A stretch of DNA of 64,000 nucleotides from an uncultured Desulfosarcina sp. (GCA_963674945.2 CAXXWQ010000004.1:1984001-2048000), one strand, 5' to 3'; shown: positions 29,589 to 41,100, counted from the stretch's first letter. The notes: a model not told the origin generated them from the letters alone. Translations and numbers: made by a program.

Positions 29589-30908
29589 ATGACCGCTCAC
29601 ACATCCGCTGCAGATTATCGGTTTCGTCCCCAGGGTAGCCTGGTGGGCGCCCAGATGCTGTTCGTCGCCTTCGGTGCCTTGGTCCTGGTTCCACTGCTCA
29701 CCGGTTTGAATCCGAACGTCGCCCTGTTTACCGCCGGTGTTGGTACGCTGATATTTCAGGCCATTACCAAAGGAAAAGTGCCCATTTTCTTGGCTTCTTC
29801 CTTCGCATTCATCGCACCGATCATCTACGGCGTCAACACCTGGGGCATTCCCGGCACGATGTGCGGGCTGGCTGCGGCCGGACTGCTCTATGTGGTGCTC
29901 AGCCTATGTGTCAAAGTTTTCGGCGCCGGCTTCTTGCATCGGCTTCTTCCACCCGTCGTGGTGGGACCGGTGATCATGGTGATCGGGCTGGTATTGGCCC
30001 CGGTGGCCGTCCACATGGCCATGGGGCGAACCGGGGACGGCAGCGCATGGCTGGTTCCCCAGGGCACGGCCATGATCATTGCCGGCATCGCCCTTTTGAC
30101 GACCATCCTGACCTCTTTGCTTGGAAAGGGGTGGTTCCGTCTGATCCCCATCTTGATCGGTATCGGTGTCGGCTACCTGGCGGCCCTCGTTCTCGATTTT
30201 TCCGGCATTTCGAACAGTATCCAGGCAGGGTTCGACCCCGGCAATCTGAAAAACTTTACCGGCCCTATGCTTATCAGCTTCAAACCGTTGGCGGAGGCCC
30301 GATGGTTCGCCGTTCCCGACTTCGTCTTTCCCCAGTGGAACCTGCAGGCCGTCCTCTTCATCGTACCGGTGGCCATCGCACCGGCCATCGAACATTTCGG
30401 TGACATTCTCGCCATCGGGGGTGTAACGGGCAAGGATTACGTACAAGATCCGGGAATCCATCGCACCATGATGGGCGATGGTATCGCTACTTCCGTCGCC
30501 TCCTTTTTGGGAGGGCCACCCAACACGACCTATAGTGAAGTGACCGGTGCCGTGACCCTCACCCGGATGTTCAATCCTGCCATCATGACCTGGGCCGCCA
30601 TTTTTGCCATCATCCTTGCCTTTGTCGGAAAAATGGGCGCCCTGCTGCAGACCATACCGGTTCCGGTGATGGGTGGTATCATGCTCCTGCTTTTCGGTGC
30701 CATCACCGTGGTGGGATTGAACACACTGGTCAAAGCCGGTGAAGACCTGACCGCCCCCCGAAACCTCACCATCGTTGCACTGATTCTGGTATGCGGCATC
30801 GGCGGAATGGTACTTCCCATTGGCAAATTCACATTGGGCGGCATCGGTTTGTCCGGAATCATCGGTGTCTTGCTCAACCTTGTGCTTCCGGTAAAGAAGG
30901 AGGCCTGA
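29589..30908 (+). CDS. uraA: Uracil permease (NCS2 family)
   Basis: GAQMLFVAFGALVLVP, FLASSFAFI, EHFGD, PPNTTYSEVTG. Confidence 0.9.
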   Translation: MTAHTSAADYRFRPQGSLVGAQMLFVAFGALVLVPLLTGLNPNVALFTAGVGTLIFQAITKGKVPIFLASSFAFIAPIIYGVNTWGIPGTMCGLAAAGLLYVVLSLCVKVFGAGFLHRLLPPVVVGPVIMVIGLVLAPVAVHMAMGRTGDGSAWLVPQGTAMIIAGIALLTTILTSLLGKGWFRLIPILIGIGVGYLAALVLDFSGISNSIQAGFDPGNLKNFTGPMLISFKPLAEARWFAVPDFVFPQWNLQAVLFIVPVAIAPAIEHFGDILAIGGVTGKDYVQDPGIHRTMMGDGIATSVASFLGGPPNTTYSEVTGAVTLTRMFNPAIMTWAAIFAIILAFVGKMGALLQTIPVPVMGGIMLLLFGAITVVGLNTLVKAGEDLTAPRNLTIVALILVCGIGGMVLPIGKFTLGGIGLSGIIGVLLNLVLPVKKEA

Positions 30909-30916
30909 TTCCACCT

Positions 30917-31687
30917 TTGTCCAGATGCCCACGAGATAATGGTACAGCATTCAGGGACACCATCTATCGTGAAGGAAAAGGGCCGGTACCACCCTTTTCC
31001 TTCAACGCCGAAGTGGCTGAAGTATTCGACGACATGATCAATCGGTCGGTGCCCATGTACGGTGAAATCATCCATCAACAGGCCCGGATGATCATCCGAA
31101 TGATTGAAATGGATGGTGGCGATCATCATTTTCGAATCTTCGATCTGGGATGCTCCACGGGGAACCTGGCGTTGGCATTGTGCAAATGCTTGCCCGCCGG
31201 TGCGTTTCACATGATCGCCGTTGACAATTCCTTGCCCATGCTGGAGATCTTTAAGAAACGGTTGCGGAACGCAGGGCGATCCAACGATGCCTCCTGCGTG
31301 TGCCAGGACATCGGCCAGGTTTCCATCCAAGGCGCCAGGGTCATAGCGGTAAATTTCACCCTTCAGTTCCTTGCCCCGGAAAACCGGGATGAGATGCTCC
31401 AGCGAATCTTTGATGGCCTGATGCCCGGCGGCGCCTTGCTCCTTTCGGAAAAAACCGTTCATCCAGACCGGACATTATCGAAATTGGAGGTGGATTTTCA
31501 CCACCGCTTCAAACGGGACCAAGGCTATTCGGAAATGGAAATCAGCCAGAAACGGGAAGCGCTGGAGAACGTCCTCGTCCCGGAAACCGTGGAACGCCAC
31601 CGTGAAAGGCTCCTGAGGTGCGGTTTCTCGGCCATTGACCTATGGCTCAAATGGTTCAACTTCTGCTCGTGGATCTGCATCAAATGA
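30917..31687 (+). CDS. cmoA: Carboxy-S-adenosyl-L-methionine synthase (start uncertain)
   Basis: FSFNAEVAEVFDDMINRSVP.Y, DLGCSTG, NFTLQF, GYSEMEISQKREALENV. Confidence 0.92.
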   Translation: MSRCPRDNGTAFRDTIYREGKGPVPPFSFNAEVAEVFDDMINRSVPMYGEIIHQQARMIIRMIEMDGGDHHFRIFDLGCSTGNLALALCKCLPAGAFHMIAVDNSLPMLEIFKKRLRNAGRSNDASCVCQDIGQVSIQGARVIAVNFTLQFLAPENRDEMLQRIFDGLMPGGALLLSEKTVHPDRTLSKLEVDFHHRFKRDQGYSEMEISQKREALENVLVPETVERHRERLLRCGFSAIDLWLKWFNFCSWICIK

Positions 31688-32661
31688 ATCGGCTGGATGC
31701 CCTGGCCAAGGATCCTCGCATCTTTCCCTTCCTGAAAGAACTGATGGAGAAGGTGGATCGGCGAAATCGAGAAATTTTCGAAAAAAACAAAAAAGGCATC
31801 GCCCTTGCCCGCACACTGAAAAAACTTCCCGATGTGAGGCCTTCATCCGCGGACGTGACCCTTTCCCGGATTCGTGTCGGCTCGGCGAAAGAAATGGATG
31901 CTGCCCAGCGCACCGTTCTTCGTTCGGCACTGTACGATTTGAAGCCCTGGCGAAAGGGCCCCTTCGAGATTTTCGGCATTCCCATCGACAGCGAGTGGGA
32001 CAGTTCCATCAAATGGGATCGACTTGCCGGTCACCTGGGGGACATGACCGGCAAACGGATACTGGATATCGGAGCCAGTTGCGGCTACTACATGTTCCGG
32101 ATGGCTCACTGGAATCCACAGTTGATCATGGGCATCGAACCCTACCTTAACTTTTATTTCCAGTTTTTGGCATTGCAGCGATACTTGGCAATGTCGGATG
32201 TCCACTGCCTCCCAATGAAACTGGAGGAACTTCCCGCCATGAGACGCTGTTTCGATACGGTATTGTGCATGGGCATTTTGTACCACCGACGCTCGCCACT
32301 GGATACCCTGCTTCAGATTCATCGAATGATGATGCCGGGAGGGCGCCTGGTTGTGGAGACCCTTGTCTTGGAAGATGAATGGGAAATGGCCCTTTTTCCC
32401 CGAAAGAGGTATGCCAAGATGAAAAACATCTTCTTCATCCCCACCGTACCCTGCCTGACCCACTGGTTGGAACGATCCGGCTTTACGGAAATTCAATGCG
32501 TGGACGTCACCAGGACCACAGTTCAGGAGCAGCGAAAAACGGACTGGATCGATACCGAAAGCCTCCCCGACTTCCTTGACCCCGAAGATTCCCGAAAAAC
32601 GGTGGAGGGCTATCCGGCGCCGGTGCGTGCCATGGTCCTGGCAACTGCCGCTCTCCGTTGA
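31684..32661 (+). CDS. cmoB: tRNA U34 carboxymethyltransferase
   Basis: PWRKGPF, IDSEWDS..KW, MGILYHRRSP, RYAKMKN, TVEGYPAP. Confidence 0.93.
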   Translation: MNRLDALAKDPRIFPFLKELMEKVDRRNREIFEKNKKGIALARTLKKLPDVRPSSADVTLSRIRVGSAKEMDAAQRTVLRSALYDLKPWRKGPFEIFGIPIDSEWDSSIKWDRLAGHLGDMTGKRILDIGASCGYYMFRMAHWNPQLIMGIEPYLNFYFQFLALQRYLAMSDVHCLPMKLEELPAMRRCFDTVLCMGILYHRRSPLDTLLQIHRMMMPGGRLVVETLVLEDEWEMALFPRKRYAKMKNIFFIPTVPCLTHWLERSGFTEIQCVDVTRTTVQEQRKTDWIDTESLPDFLDPEDSRKTVEGYPAPVRAMVLATAALR

Positions 32662-32872
32662 ATTCAACCATTCAACAAACAGTGTTTATCTAAAAAATTG
32701 TGATCTGAATCATATGGCGCTCCAAACCAACTGGTTTATGGTTATCCTCGTTTCGTTCTCATGTTCATCGGGCAAACGTCGATACCTGCCAATGAATCGT
32801 AGCAAATCGGATTTTCCTTATTAAGGATTGGATAACGAGACCAGGAACAAAACCATTCGGAGTTAATGAGCA

Positions 32873-33574
32873 ATGCAAGCCCACATCACATATACGGTCG
32901 TCTTCGAGGGCAGGGTCAGGCCCGGATACAATATAGAACGGGTAAAAAAGCGCCTGCAATCATCATTGCAGACCAACGCGGAAGGAATTGCCCGGTTGTT
33001 CACCGGCGTTCCCGTAACGGTTTACAAATCCACGGACCGAAAGACCGCCCAAAAATATAAAGAGGTCTTCGCCGCCGCCGGCGCCGTATGCAATATCGAA
33101 GAGGTGGCATATCCAAACGACGTGAAAGCACCGCAAGATTCGGCTTCTTCATCCTCTCGCATCGATACCGAAGCGTCCGTTCCTCGCGTTGGTGCATCGC
33201 CTTTCTCTCCTGATACATCCATTCGCCATCATTACCTGGCCACATCCAGTGGCGGGAAAATGATCGTCACCAACATCGAATCGGTTCCGGGAAAAACCGT
33301 AACCGAACATTACGGTCTGGTTTCCGGCAGTTCCATCCGGGCGAAACATGTCGGTCGAGACCTGATGGCCAGCTTGAAAAACATCGTCGGCGGAGAACTG
33401 AAAGGGTATACACAACTGCTTCAAGAATCCCGAAAACAGGCAATGGACCGGATGATCGAAGAGGCCCGCCTCATGGGCGCCAATGCCATCATCAATGTTC
33501 GGTTCTCCACGTCCTCCGTCGCCCAGGGGGCGGCGGAATTGTATGCTTACGGAACAGCAGTTCGCGTTAAATAG
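32873..33574 (+). CDS. YbjQ-family (UPF0145) protein with extra N-terminal domain
   Basis: YbjQ domain from 33260 (MIVTNIESVPG...GGELKGYT...GANAIINVRF...YGTAV); about 130 aa N-terminal extension. Confidence 0.8.
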   Translation: MQAHITYTVVFEGRVRPGYNIERVKKRLQSSLQTNAEGIARLFTGVPVTVYKSTDRKTAQKYKEVFAAAGAVCNIEEVAYPNDVKAPQDSASSSSRIDTEASVPRVGASPFSPDTSIRHHYLATSSGGKMIVTNIESVPGKTVTEHYGLVSGSSIRAKHVGRDLMASLKNIVGGELKGYTQLLQESRKQAMDRMIEEARLMGANAIINVRFSTSSVAQGAAELYAYGTAVRVK

Positions 33575-33583
33575 GAGAAAGTC

Positions 33584-34033
33584 ATGACCGATCTGATCGT
33601 TCTTCTATCCCTGCTGGCCCTGGGATACGGTATGGGGACATGGTTGGAGAAACGACACTATCATTCGATCGTAAAAAGGGAGAGCGCGACCATCAACCTG
33701 CCGGCGGTCACCTTGCAATCGGTAGATATTCCGGAGGGCAAGATCCGGTCCGCCCGCATGGTATACGGCAGTGACGTAATCTCCGTTGATTATTTCAAGA
33801 GAATGCTGGCCGGATTGCACAACATTTTCGGTGGGAGGGTCAAATCCTACGAAAGCCTTATCGATCGGGCACGGCGCGAGGCCATCTTGCGTATGAAAGA
33901 GAAGGCCGGGGATGCATCCGTCATTGTAAACGTACGTATCGAAACATCCTCCGTGGGAAAGCACTCCAAGCGCAAACAGATCGGATGCCTGGAGGCCATG
34001 GCGTATGGAACGGCGTTGACCGTGGAGAAATAA
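33584..34033 (+). CDS. Membrane-anchored YbjQ-like protein
   Basis: N-terminal TM; SVDYFKR..AGL..IFGG..SYE...RARREA..RM...YGTA. Confidence 0.82.
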   Translation: MTDLIVLLSLLALGYGMGTWLEKRHYHSIVKRESATINLPAVTLQSVDIPEGKIRSARMVYGSDVISVDYFKRMLAGLHNIFGGRVKSYESLIDRARREAILRMKEKAGDASVIVNVRIETSSVGKHSKRKQIGCLEAMAYGTALTVEK

Positions 34034-34308
34034 GTGAAATTTACGCCACGGCGCCTTCGAACCAACGTAAACGTATCCGATTCCCATATTGCTACTATGG
34101 CCATGTGGGCGACGCCACATCTTTTTTCAGATCGATTCCGAAAAACGACGATCCGGGTCGATTCGGCCACTATTTCGCATCCCATCCCGAAAACCAGAGG
34201 CGCATCCGCCACCTGGACGACCTGATTGAGAAACAAAAGTATCCCATTTTGGCGCCTCTGCCTCTGCCGACTGAACTCGATATGGAAAAACGCCCTCATG
34301 CGCCTTGA
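34034..34308 (+). pseudogene. M48-family metallopeptidase remnant (large internal deletion)
   Basis: GTG start directly after the ybjQ-like stop gives MKFTPRRLRTNVNVSDSH; near 34089 it switches frame to CYYGHVG..FF...YFASHPENQRRI, an M48 C-terminal S/THP...RI motif; no HExxH. Confidence 0.65.
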
Positions 34309-34474
34309 GCATAGCAATGAAAAATGGTATCGGATGCCTTTGCCAAAGATCCCATTCGTGATCTGACGATCGTTTGGAGCAATTGAGAAACGAGGGAAGA
34401 GGGATGAAAATAAGGTAAGGCTTTTGTAGCCCGCATCCTTCGTCCTTCTTTCCTTCCTTTTCGCGAGGGCACCA

Positions 34475-35272
34475 TTGACGACAATTTTGTTGATGTACAT
34501 CCTGGTGGGTATTGTTGCCGGTATTCTTGCCGGCCTTTTGGGCATCGGTGGGGGATTGGTGATCGTACCCATGCTGGTGTTCTGCTTCGCTAAGCAACAG
34601 ATTCCCGATGCCATGATCATGCACATGGCATTGGGCACCTCCCTTGCCAGCATCATGTTTACCTCCGTGTCCAGCTTCCGCGCCCACCACAAACGCGGCG
34701 CCGTGCACTGGGACGTGGTGCGAAAAATTCTCATCGGCATCTTCACCGGAACCTTCATCGGAAGCTACATCGCGGCACATCTTTCCACGAGTTTCCTGAA
34801 AGGGTTCTTTGTCGTCTTCCTCTATTATGTGGCCATTCAACTGCTGACCAACAAGAAACCCAAACCATCGAGACAGATTCCCGGGCCCCTTGCCATGTTC
34901 GGTGTCGGCAATGGTATCGGCGCCGTGTCCAGCCTGGTGGGCATCGGTGGGGGTACGTTGAGCGTGCCGTTCATGATCTGGTGCAACATGCCCGTTCACC
35001 ATGCCATCGGCACCTCTGCGGCCATCGGTTTTCCCATCGCCATCGCCGGCAGTACCGGATACGTCTTCAACGGCTTGTCCGTGAACGGACTCCCCACCTT
35101 CTCACTGGGATATATCTATCTGCCGGCCCTATTGGGGATCGTGGTCTCCAGTGTCCTGACCGCTCCCATCGGCGTTCGCCTGGCCCACAGCCTGCCCGTC
35201 GATCGCCTCAAACGGGTCTTTGCCATCCTTCTGCTGGTGGTGGGCACACGGATGCTGGTCGGAATATGGTAA
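34475..35272 (+). CDS. TauE/SafE (TSUP) sulfite-exporter family membrane protein
   Basis: AGLLGIGGGLVIVP, ALGTSLA, SSLVGIGGG, AIGTSAA; about 8 TM; TTG start. Confidence 0.9.
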   Translation: MTTILLMYILVGIVAGILAGLLGIGGGLVIVPMLVFCFAKQQIPDAMIMHMALGTSLASIMFTSVSSFRAHHKRGAVHWDVVRKILIGIFTGTFIGSYIAAHLSTSFLKGFFVVFLYYVAIQLLTNKKPKPSRQIPGPLAMFGVGNGIGAVSSLVGIGGGTLSVPFMIWCNMPVHHAIGTSAAIGFPIAIAGSTGYVFNGLSVNGLPTFSLGYIYLPALLGIVVSSVLTAPIGVRLAHSLPVDRLKRVFAILLLVVGTRMLVGIW

Positions 35273-35467
35273 TCATTTCAATCAAATGATCAAAATACGC
35301 GGAAATGACCCCATGGCAGGGAGGATTTGCCTGGCAGGCGCCGAATAGTTCTTGACAACACAACCGTTCCCGCATAGTTAATTCAACTTGGTATTTTTGT
35401 ACCCTACCGGATATTTATCTGTAAATACAGATTATGAAAATCACATCATTGAAAGGAGAAACAACAC

Positions 35468-36739
35468 ATGTCCAATCTCATTCCTCCACATGGCGGCAAG
35501 GGGCTTACGATCTGCCTACTCGAAGGCGCTGAACTGGAAGCTGAAAAGAAAAAGGCCGAAGGCCTCAAAAAAGTAGAGATCAGCCCGCGCGTCAAGGGTG
35601 ACCTCATTATGATCGGAATCGGCGGGTTTTCCCCCCTCACCGGTTTCATGACCAAGGCGGACTGGAAAGGCGTTTGCGAAAACTTCTTGACCGCCGACGG
35701 CACCTTCTGGCCCGTTCCCGTGTGCCTGGACGTGTCCAAAGAAGATGCGGACGCCATCGCCGACGGTGACGAAATCGCCCTCTACGATCCCAAAGGGGAC
35801 GAGATCATGGCTACCATGAAGGTCACCGAAAAATTTGAGATGACCGAAGCCGACAAGAAGTGGGAGTGTGAGAAGGTATACATGGGCGAAGGCACCCCCA
35901 CCGCCGAAGAGTTCTGGAAGATCGCCGAAGAAGATCACCCGGGTGTACAGATGGTCATGAACCAGAAACCCGTCAACCTGGCAGGCCCGGTCAAGGTCCT
36001 CAGCGAAGGCAACTACCCGACCAAATACGCCGACGTATACCATCGACCGGCCGAATCACGTAAATTGTTCGAAGATCGCGGATGGAGTGAAGTGGCCGCC
36101 CTGCAGTTGCGTAACCCCATGCACCGCAGCCATGAATACCTGTGCAAGATCGCCGTGGAAGTGTGTGACGGCGTCTACATCCACTCTTTGGTAGGCAACC
36201 TGAAACCCGGCGACATTCCCGCCGAAGTTCGCGTGAAATGCATCGATGCCCTGGTGAAGAACTACTTCGTCGAGAAAAACGTCATCCAGGGCGGTTATCC
36301 TCTGGATATGCGGTACGCCGGTCCCCGCGAGGGCCTTTTGCATGCCGCCTTCCGACAGAACTACGGCTGCTCCAAGATGATCATTGGCCGTGACCATGCC
36401 GGCGTCGGCGATTTCTACGGCATGTTCGAAGCCCAGACCATCTTCGACAAGATCCCGACCCCAAGCGATGGCAAGGGCCTGCTCTGCCAGCCTCTGAAGA
36501 TCGACTGGACTTTCTACTGCTACAAGTGTGACGGCATGGCCTCTCTGAGAACCTGCCCCCATGCAAAAGAAGACCGCGTGCTGCTTTCCGGTACCATGCT
36601 TCGCAAGATGCTCTCCGAAGGCGGCGATCTGCCCGATCACTTTGGTCGTGACGAAGTCGTTGCCATCCTCCGTGAATACTACGAAGGCCTCACCGAAAAG
36701 GTGGAGATCAAGACTCACAAGGCAGCAACCGGCGATTAA
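35468..36739 (+). CDS. sat: Dissimilatory-type sulfate adenylyltransferase
   Basis: [42 protein letters not shown]; strong codon bias; AAGGAG RBS. Confidence 0.97.
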   Translation: MSNLIPPHGGKGLTICLLEGAELEAEKKKAEGLKKVEISPRVKGDLIMIGIGGFSPLTGFMTKADWKGVCENFLTADGTFWPVPVCLDVSKEDADAIADGDEIALYDPKGDEIMATMKVTEKFEMTEADKKWECEKVYMGEGTPTAEEFWKIAEEDHPGVQMVMNQKPVNLAGPVKVLSEGNYPTKYADVYHRPAESRKLFEDRGWSEVAALQLRNPMHRSHEYLCKIAVEVCDGVYIHSLVGNLKPGDIPAEVRVKCIDALVKNYFVEKNVIQGGYPLDMRYAGPREGLLHAAFRQNYGCSKMIIGRDHAGVGDFYGMFEAQTIFDKIPTPSDGKGLLCQPLKIDWTFYCYKCDGMASLRTCPHAKEDRVLLSGTMLRKMLSEGGDLPDHFGRDEVVAILREYYEGLTEKVEIKTHKAATGD

Positions 36740-36762
36740 TCGGCCTTATGCAGCGTAACAAC

Positions 36763-36801
36763 AAGAAGGGGGACGCACCGCACGTGCGTCCCCCTTTTTT
36801 T
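36763..36801. terminator. Rho-independent terminator after sat (likely bidirectional)
   Basis: AAGGGGGACGCAC-loop-GTGCGTCCCCCTTTTTTT. Confidence 0.85.
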
Positions 36802-36875
36802 CGTCTATCAACCGTTCTTTCTGTGCTTACTGCAAAAAATCCGTCACCTGACAACTGACCGTCAGAATGAAAGTC

Positions 36876-37193
36876 TTACACCATGGCGGCCTGGTTGGTA
36901 AAAGCCTCTTTCAGCATGCCTTCGGCTGCCTTTTGGCTGTCCACCCGATAGGTTCCGTTTTTCAATTCATTTTGTATTTTGGTAACCAGGGCTTCCCGAA
37001 CGTCCGGGACGGAAGCCATGGCCCGCTGGGCATCGGCGATCATTTTCCCCCGGCCGCTCAGGGCCACCCGATCCTGTAAAGAAATTGGTGAGGCAGACTT
37101 TTGGGACCTGGCGGTTTCTTCGTTTTTTTCCTGGACCTGGGTGTTTTGGTAAACACTAAGTTGTGATTGAAGATCACTGCCGGTAATTTTCAT
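36876..37193 (-). CDS. flgM: Flagellar anti-sigma-28 factor
   Basis: MKI..., DRVALS, VPDVREALV..I...NGTYRVD...A. Confidence 0.85.
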   Translation of the reverse strand: MKITGSDLQSQLSVYQNTQVQEKNEETARSQKSASPISLQDRVALSGRGKMIADAQRAMASVPDVREALVTKIQNELKNGTYRVDSQKAAEGMLKEAFTNQAAMV

Positions 37194-37524
37194 GGCCTTC
37201 GCTCCTTGTTTAGCACCGTGTGGGTATATTATTGGCCGATAGTACCAAAAACAATAGTTTTTTTTACGAAAAGGTATAATTTTTTGTTATGTTGCACAAT
37301 AGTCGACGCCTAAGCACGTCCTGGGATGCCGATTCGACGAGTCACCGATCGCCACCCACCGGGAGGCTTGGCTTTTTTGGTCAAAAAAGCCTTGGCCACC
37401 ACTTCAACCCCGCCCCTTGAATACCCCCCTCTGATGATTACGATACTGGCTATAATTTCATTAAAACCGTCATCCATAACGTTATGTGGAAAAACCAACG
37501 AATCGTCAAAAAAAGGAGGGGCCC

Positions 37525-38073
37525 ATGATAACTGACAAAATGGCCCAGGCACTCAATGAACAGGTCAATCGGGAGATGTATTCGGCGTACCTCTACATGG
37601 CCATGAGCGCCCATTGCAACCAGGTAGGCCTCAAGGGTTTTGCCAACTGGTTCATGGTGCAGTACCATGAAGAGATGCTTCATGCCATGAAAATTTACGA
37701 GTATATCCAGCGCCAAGGGGCGAATGTTACGCTGATCGCCATCGGGCAGCCGCCCACCACCTTCGAATCCCCACTGGACATGTTCACCAAGACCCTGGAG
37801 CATGAGCAATTTATCACCCGCTGTATCAACGATCTCATGGAGTTGGCCATCGCCGAAAAGGATCATGCATCTCAGATTTTTCTTGAATGGTATGTAACCG
37901 AGCAGGTGGAAGAGGAAGAGAACGACAACGATATCATCGCACAGCTCAACTTCATCAAGGATAACCCCCAGGGGTTGATGATGCTGGATCGAGAGCTGGC
38001 CGGCAGAGTGACGAACGTTCCGACGGATTTCAGTAAAGGGATCGAATCGGCCATGGCAGCAACCGGTGCATAG
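37525..38073 (+). CDS. ftn: Non-heme ferritin
   Basis: LNEQVNREMYSAYLY, EEMLHAMK, EHEQFIT, WYVTEQVEEE ferroxidase ligands; AGGAGG RBS. Confidence 0.93.
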   Translation: MITDKMAQALNEQVNREMYSAYLYMAMSAHCNQVGLKGFANWFMVQYHEEMLHAMKIYEYIQRQGANVTLIAIGQPPTTFESPLDMFTKTLEHEQFITRCINDLMELAIAEKDHASQIFLEWYVTEQVEEEENDNDIIAQLNFIKDNPQGLMMLDRELAGRVTNVPTDFSKGIESAMAATGA

Positions 38074-38195
38074 GGCGTTCTCATCCACATGCCCATGCGG
38101 GTAATTTCGCGAAGCCCCCGGTTTTTTTCGTGTTTCTACCGATACCGCTTTTTTGGGGTTGTCCTATTTCCCCGAAGGCGGTATTTTTTTCCCCC

Positions 38196-41100
38196 ATGAA
38201 CGCCAAACGAAAAACCGTACTGTTGACCGTGGCACTGCTTTGCACCGCAGTATTTGCCGTTTTCGCAGCAGCCCTGGTTTGGATTCAGTCCGATGCGGGA
38301 TTGGCATGGGTTCGAACCCAAATCGACCGACGCATCGCCGGCCGAATCGCCATCCAAAGCGTTCGACTCTCACCGCTGGCCCAACGACTCGCATTGGTGG
38401 ATGTGGTCCTGTACGACGAAAAAGAAGCACCATTGGCCGGTTTTTCACGTCTTTCGGTTCGGTTGGATGGGTGGGCCCTGTTGCACCGGGAGATCCATCT
38501 TGCATCGGTCGCGCTGGTCGATCCCTGGGCGAATCTGGTCGTCGACGAAGGTGGGAACCTGAATATAGTGGGCGCATTGGCGTCACCCATAGGCGGTGCG
38601 AAACCGGATTCCACCGACCCAGCGCCCGGCCCGCCTTTCAACCTTGTCCTGGAAACCGGCGGAATGACCGGAGGCCGTTTTACCTATGAGGACAAAGCGG
38701 GAAAAAACCGAATAGAAACTGCCGGCGTAGCGTTAACGGCTTCCGGCAACCTTCTGGATCGAACCGGAGACCTGACACTTACGATCGCCCATGCAGGATT
38801 GGAAAACGAGGCCGTAGGCCTGAAACCGGCTCGAATCGGGCTTGGAACCAAACTGGATGGCGAATCGTTGACCATCTCCGATCTGAGGATAACATCGGAG
38901 CAACTTTCACTCCATCTATCCGGCAACGCCCATGACCTGACAGCAATTCCCGTGTTGGACGGCCGACTCTTTCTCGAAACAAACCTATCCCAGGTAAAGA
39001 AAATGCTTGGGCTGGTCGACACATATGATGGTGCCGTGTCGACCGCACTCACCGTAAAGGGAAGGGCGGACGACCCCGAGGCGGGCCTTACATTGCGGTT
39101 CGACGGCGGAACCATCGCCGGTCAACCACTGGACACGAGCCGTTTTGCCTTCACCCTTGCCGACCGGCAGGTCACTGTCGACGAGGCGACGGTGGGACTG
39201 GCGGGAGGCCATGTCAGACTGGGCGGCGGAATCGACCTGACCCGGGCTTTCCCATCGGGTTTCTTCACACCACCGGAGAACGTGAATGCCATCGCTTATG
39301 ATCTCACGCTGACATCATCGATTCCCGATCTGTCCCCCTGGCTGAAAGGATTCGCTGCCATCGGGGGAAGCTTCTCGGGGCAACTTAAAATCGAAGGTGC
39401 CGGCATCGATCCTTCGAAAATGAACACCCGGTTGACCGCCTCGGCATCGGGGAAAGACCTGTCTGCACCAGGATTGGAGCGAACGGTACAGGGACGAATC
39501 CAATTGTATGCCCGGGCGGATCGGGGTGATGTGGTCCTTTCCGGCCTCGACCTGACTGCAGATGGGGCCCACCTGACGGGAGACGGTCGTTTCCACACCC
39601 GAAACCGAGAAGTTGCGGGAAATCTGGCATTAACCGCCACGGATCTTCAACGGGTCCTGGCTGTCGTGGGCAGGCCCGACATCCGGGGAAGTTGCCATGG
39701 CGACGTGACGGTGGGCGGCAGCCTGCAACGTCCACAACTTGTCCTGAACATGACCGCCCAGGATCTGGCCTCCGGGACATTCGTCTTCGGAGACCTGGCC
39801 GCCCACGTTCGCATGGACGAAGAGGGCGTAATCGATCTTTCCGACCTCACCCTGAAAAACCGGAATACCAGGGTACAGGGAAACGCCCGACTACGATGGA
39901 GACCCGGAGAAGGTGGCATCGATGATCGGTTCGACAACCACCTGGATCTGACCCTGGAATCGGTTTCGGCCGCCGACTTTGTCGCCGACGCACCGGTATC
40001 CGGAACAATGGACGGCCGGCTGCAATTGTCCGGCCCCTTATTGTCCCTTGCCGGTGACCTTTCTCTATCCGCCACAGCGCTGGCCACCGATGCCGTCACC
40101 ATCGGTAACGTGGCGGGCCACATGGCGCTGAAGGAGGGTACCGTAGGGGTGGATCGGCTTCGGCTCACAAACCAGGATTCGGTTATCACCGCATCGGGCC
40201 GTGTCCGGATCATTGACCCCGAAACCGCAAGATGGACGATGAATCCGGCATTCGATTTCGATTTACAGTCGGATCACATGAACCCGGGCCATTTCGTGCA
40301 CGGGATCCAAGGCGACGTTACCGCAAAGGGTGATGTCCAGGGCACGATGGACGATCCAATGGGAAGTCTGCAGATTTCCGGCAAAGGCATCGATCTCGCC
40401 GGTCAGCCACTGCAAGACCTTTCCATGGAGATGCATGTGGCCGGCCGTCGTCTGTACCTGGACCGTCTGTTCCTGTCCGTGGCACCGGACCAGCAGTTGA
40501 CGGCCAGTGGATGGATCGATCGGGAAAAGGTCCTCGATCTTACCGTCCAGGCCGACGGCATTGCCATTTCCGCCATTGAAAGCCTCAAGGCACGATTCCC
40601 GGGTGAAGGGACCTTGGCCTTGGATGCCACCGCCCATGGCACCCTGGGAAATCCAGACATCGACGGAAGATTGACCGTCTCCGACCTCATCGTCCACGAT
40701 CAGCCCATGGCGGATTTTACCCTTACCGCACGACTCCACGAAAGAAAGCTCCACGTCGACGGAGATCTGGATTTTTCCGTTATGGCCGACTGCGATCTGG
40801 AAAATTTGGATTTCGACGCACAATTGGCCTTCGACCGCACCGAGACAGCACCCTTTTTCGGAGCTGTCGGAAAACCGGAAATTCACGGCACCTTGACCGG
40901 ACGGATGGCGGCGAAGGGAAATCTTCGGGATCCGGCCCAGTTGTCTGCCGAGGTGGAACTGTACAATCTTCGACTTCTTTTCAAGGATGCCCCCCTGATT
41001 TCCTCGGAACGAATATCCGTCCGGATGGCGGATCGAAAATTGTCCATTGTTGATGCGGATCTGGCAATTCTTTCTGAGGGCAACCTTCATCTGGAAGGCG

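Noticed and set aside
37370..37391. Palindrome GGCTTTTTTG-GT-CAAAAAAGCC between flgM and ftn; also 54064-54085 and 62853-62867
   Set aside because: Real inverted repeats, but single instances with no assignable regulator; no convincing Fur box before ferritin
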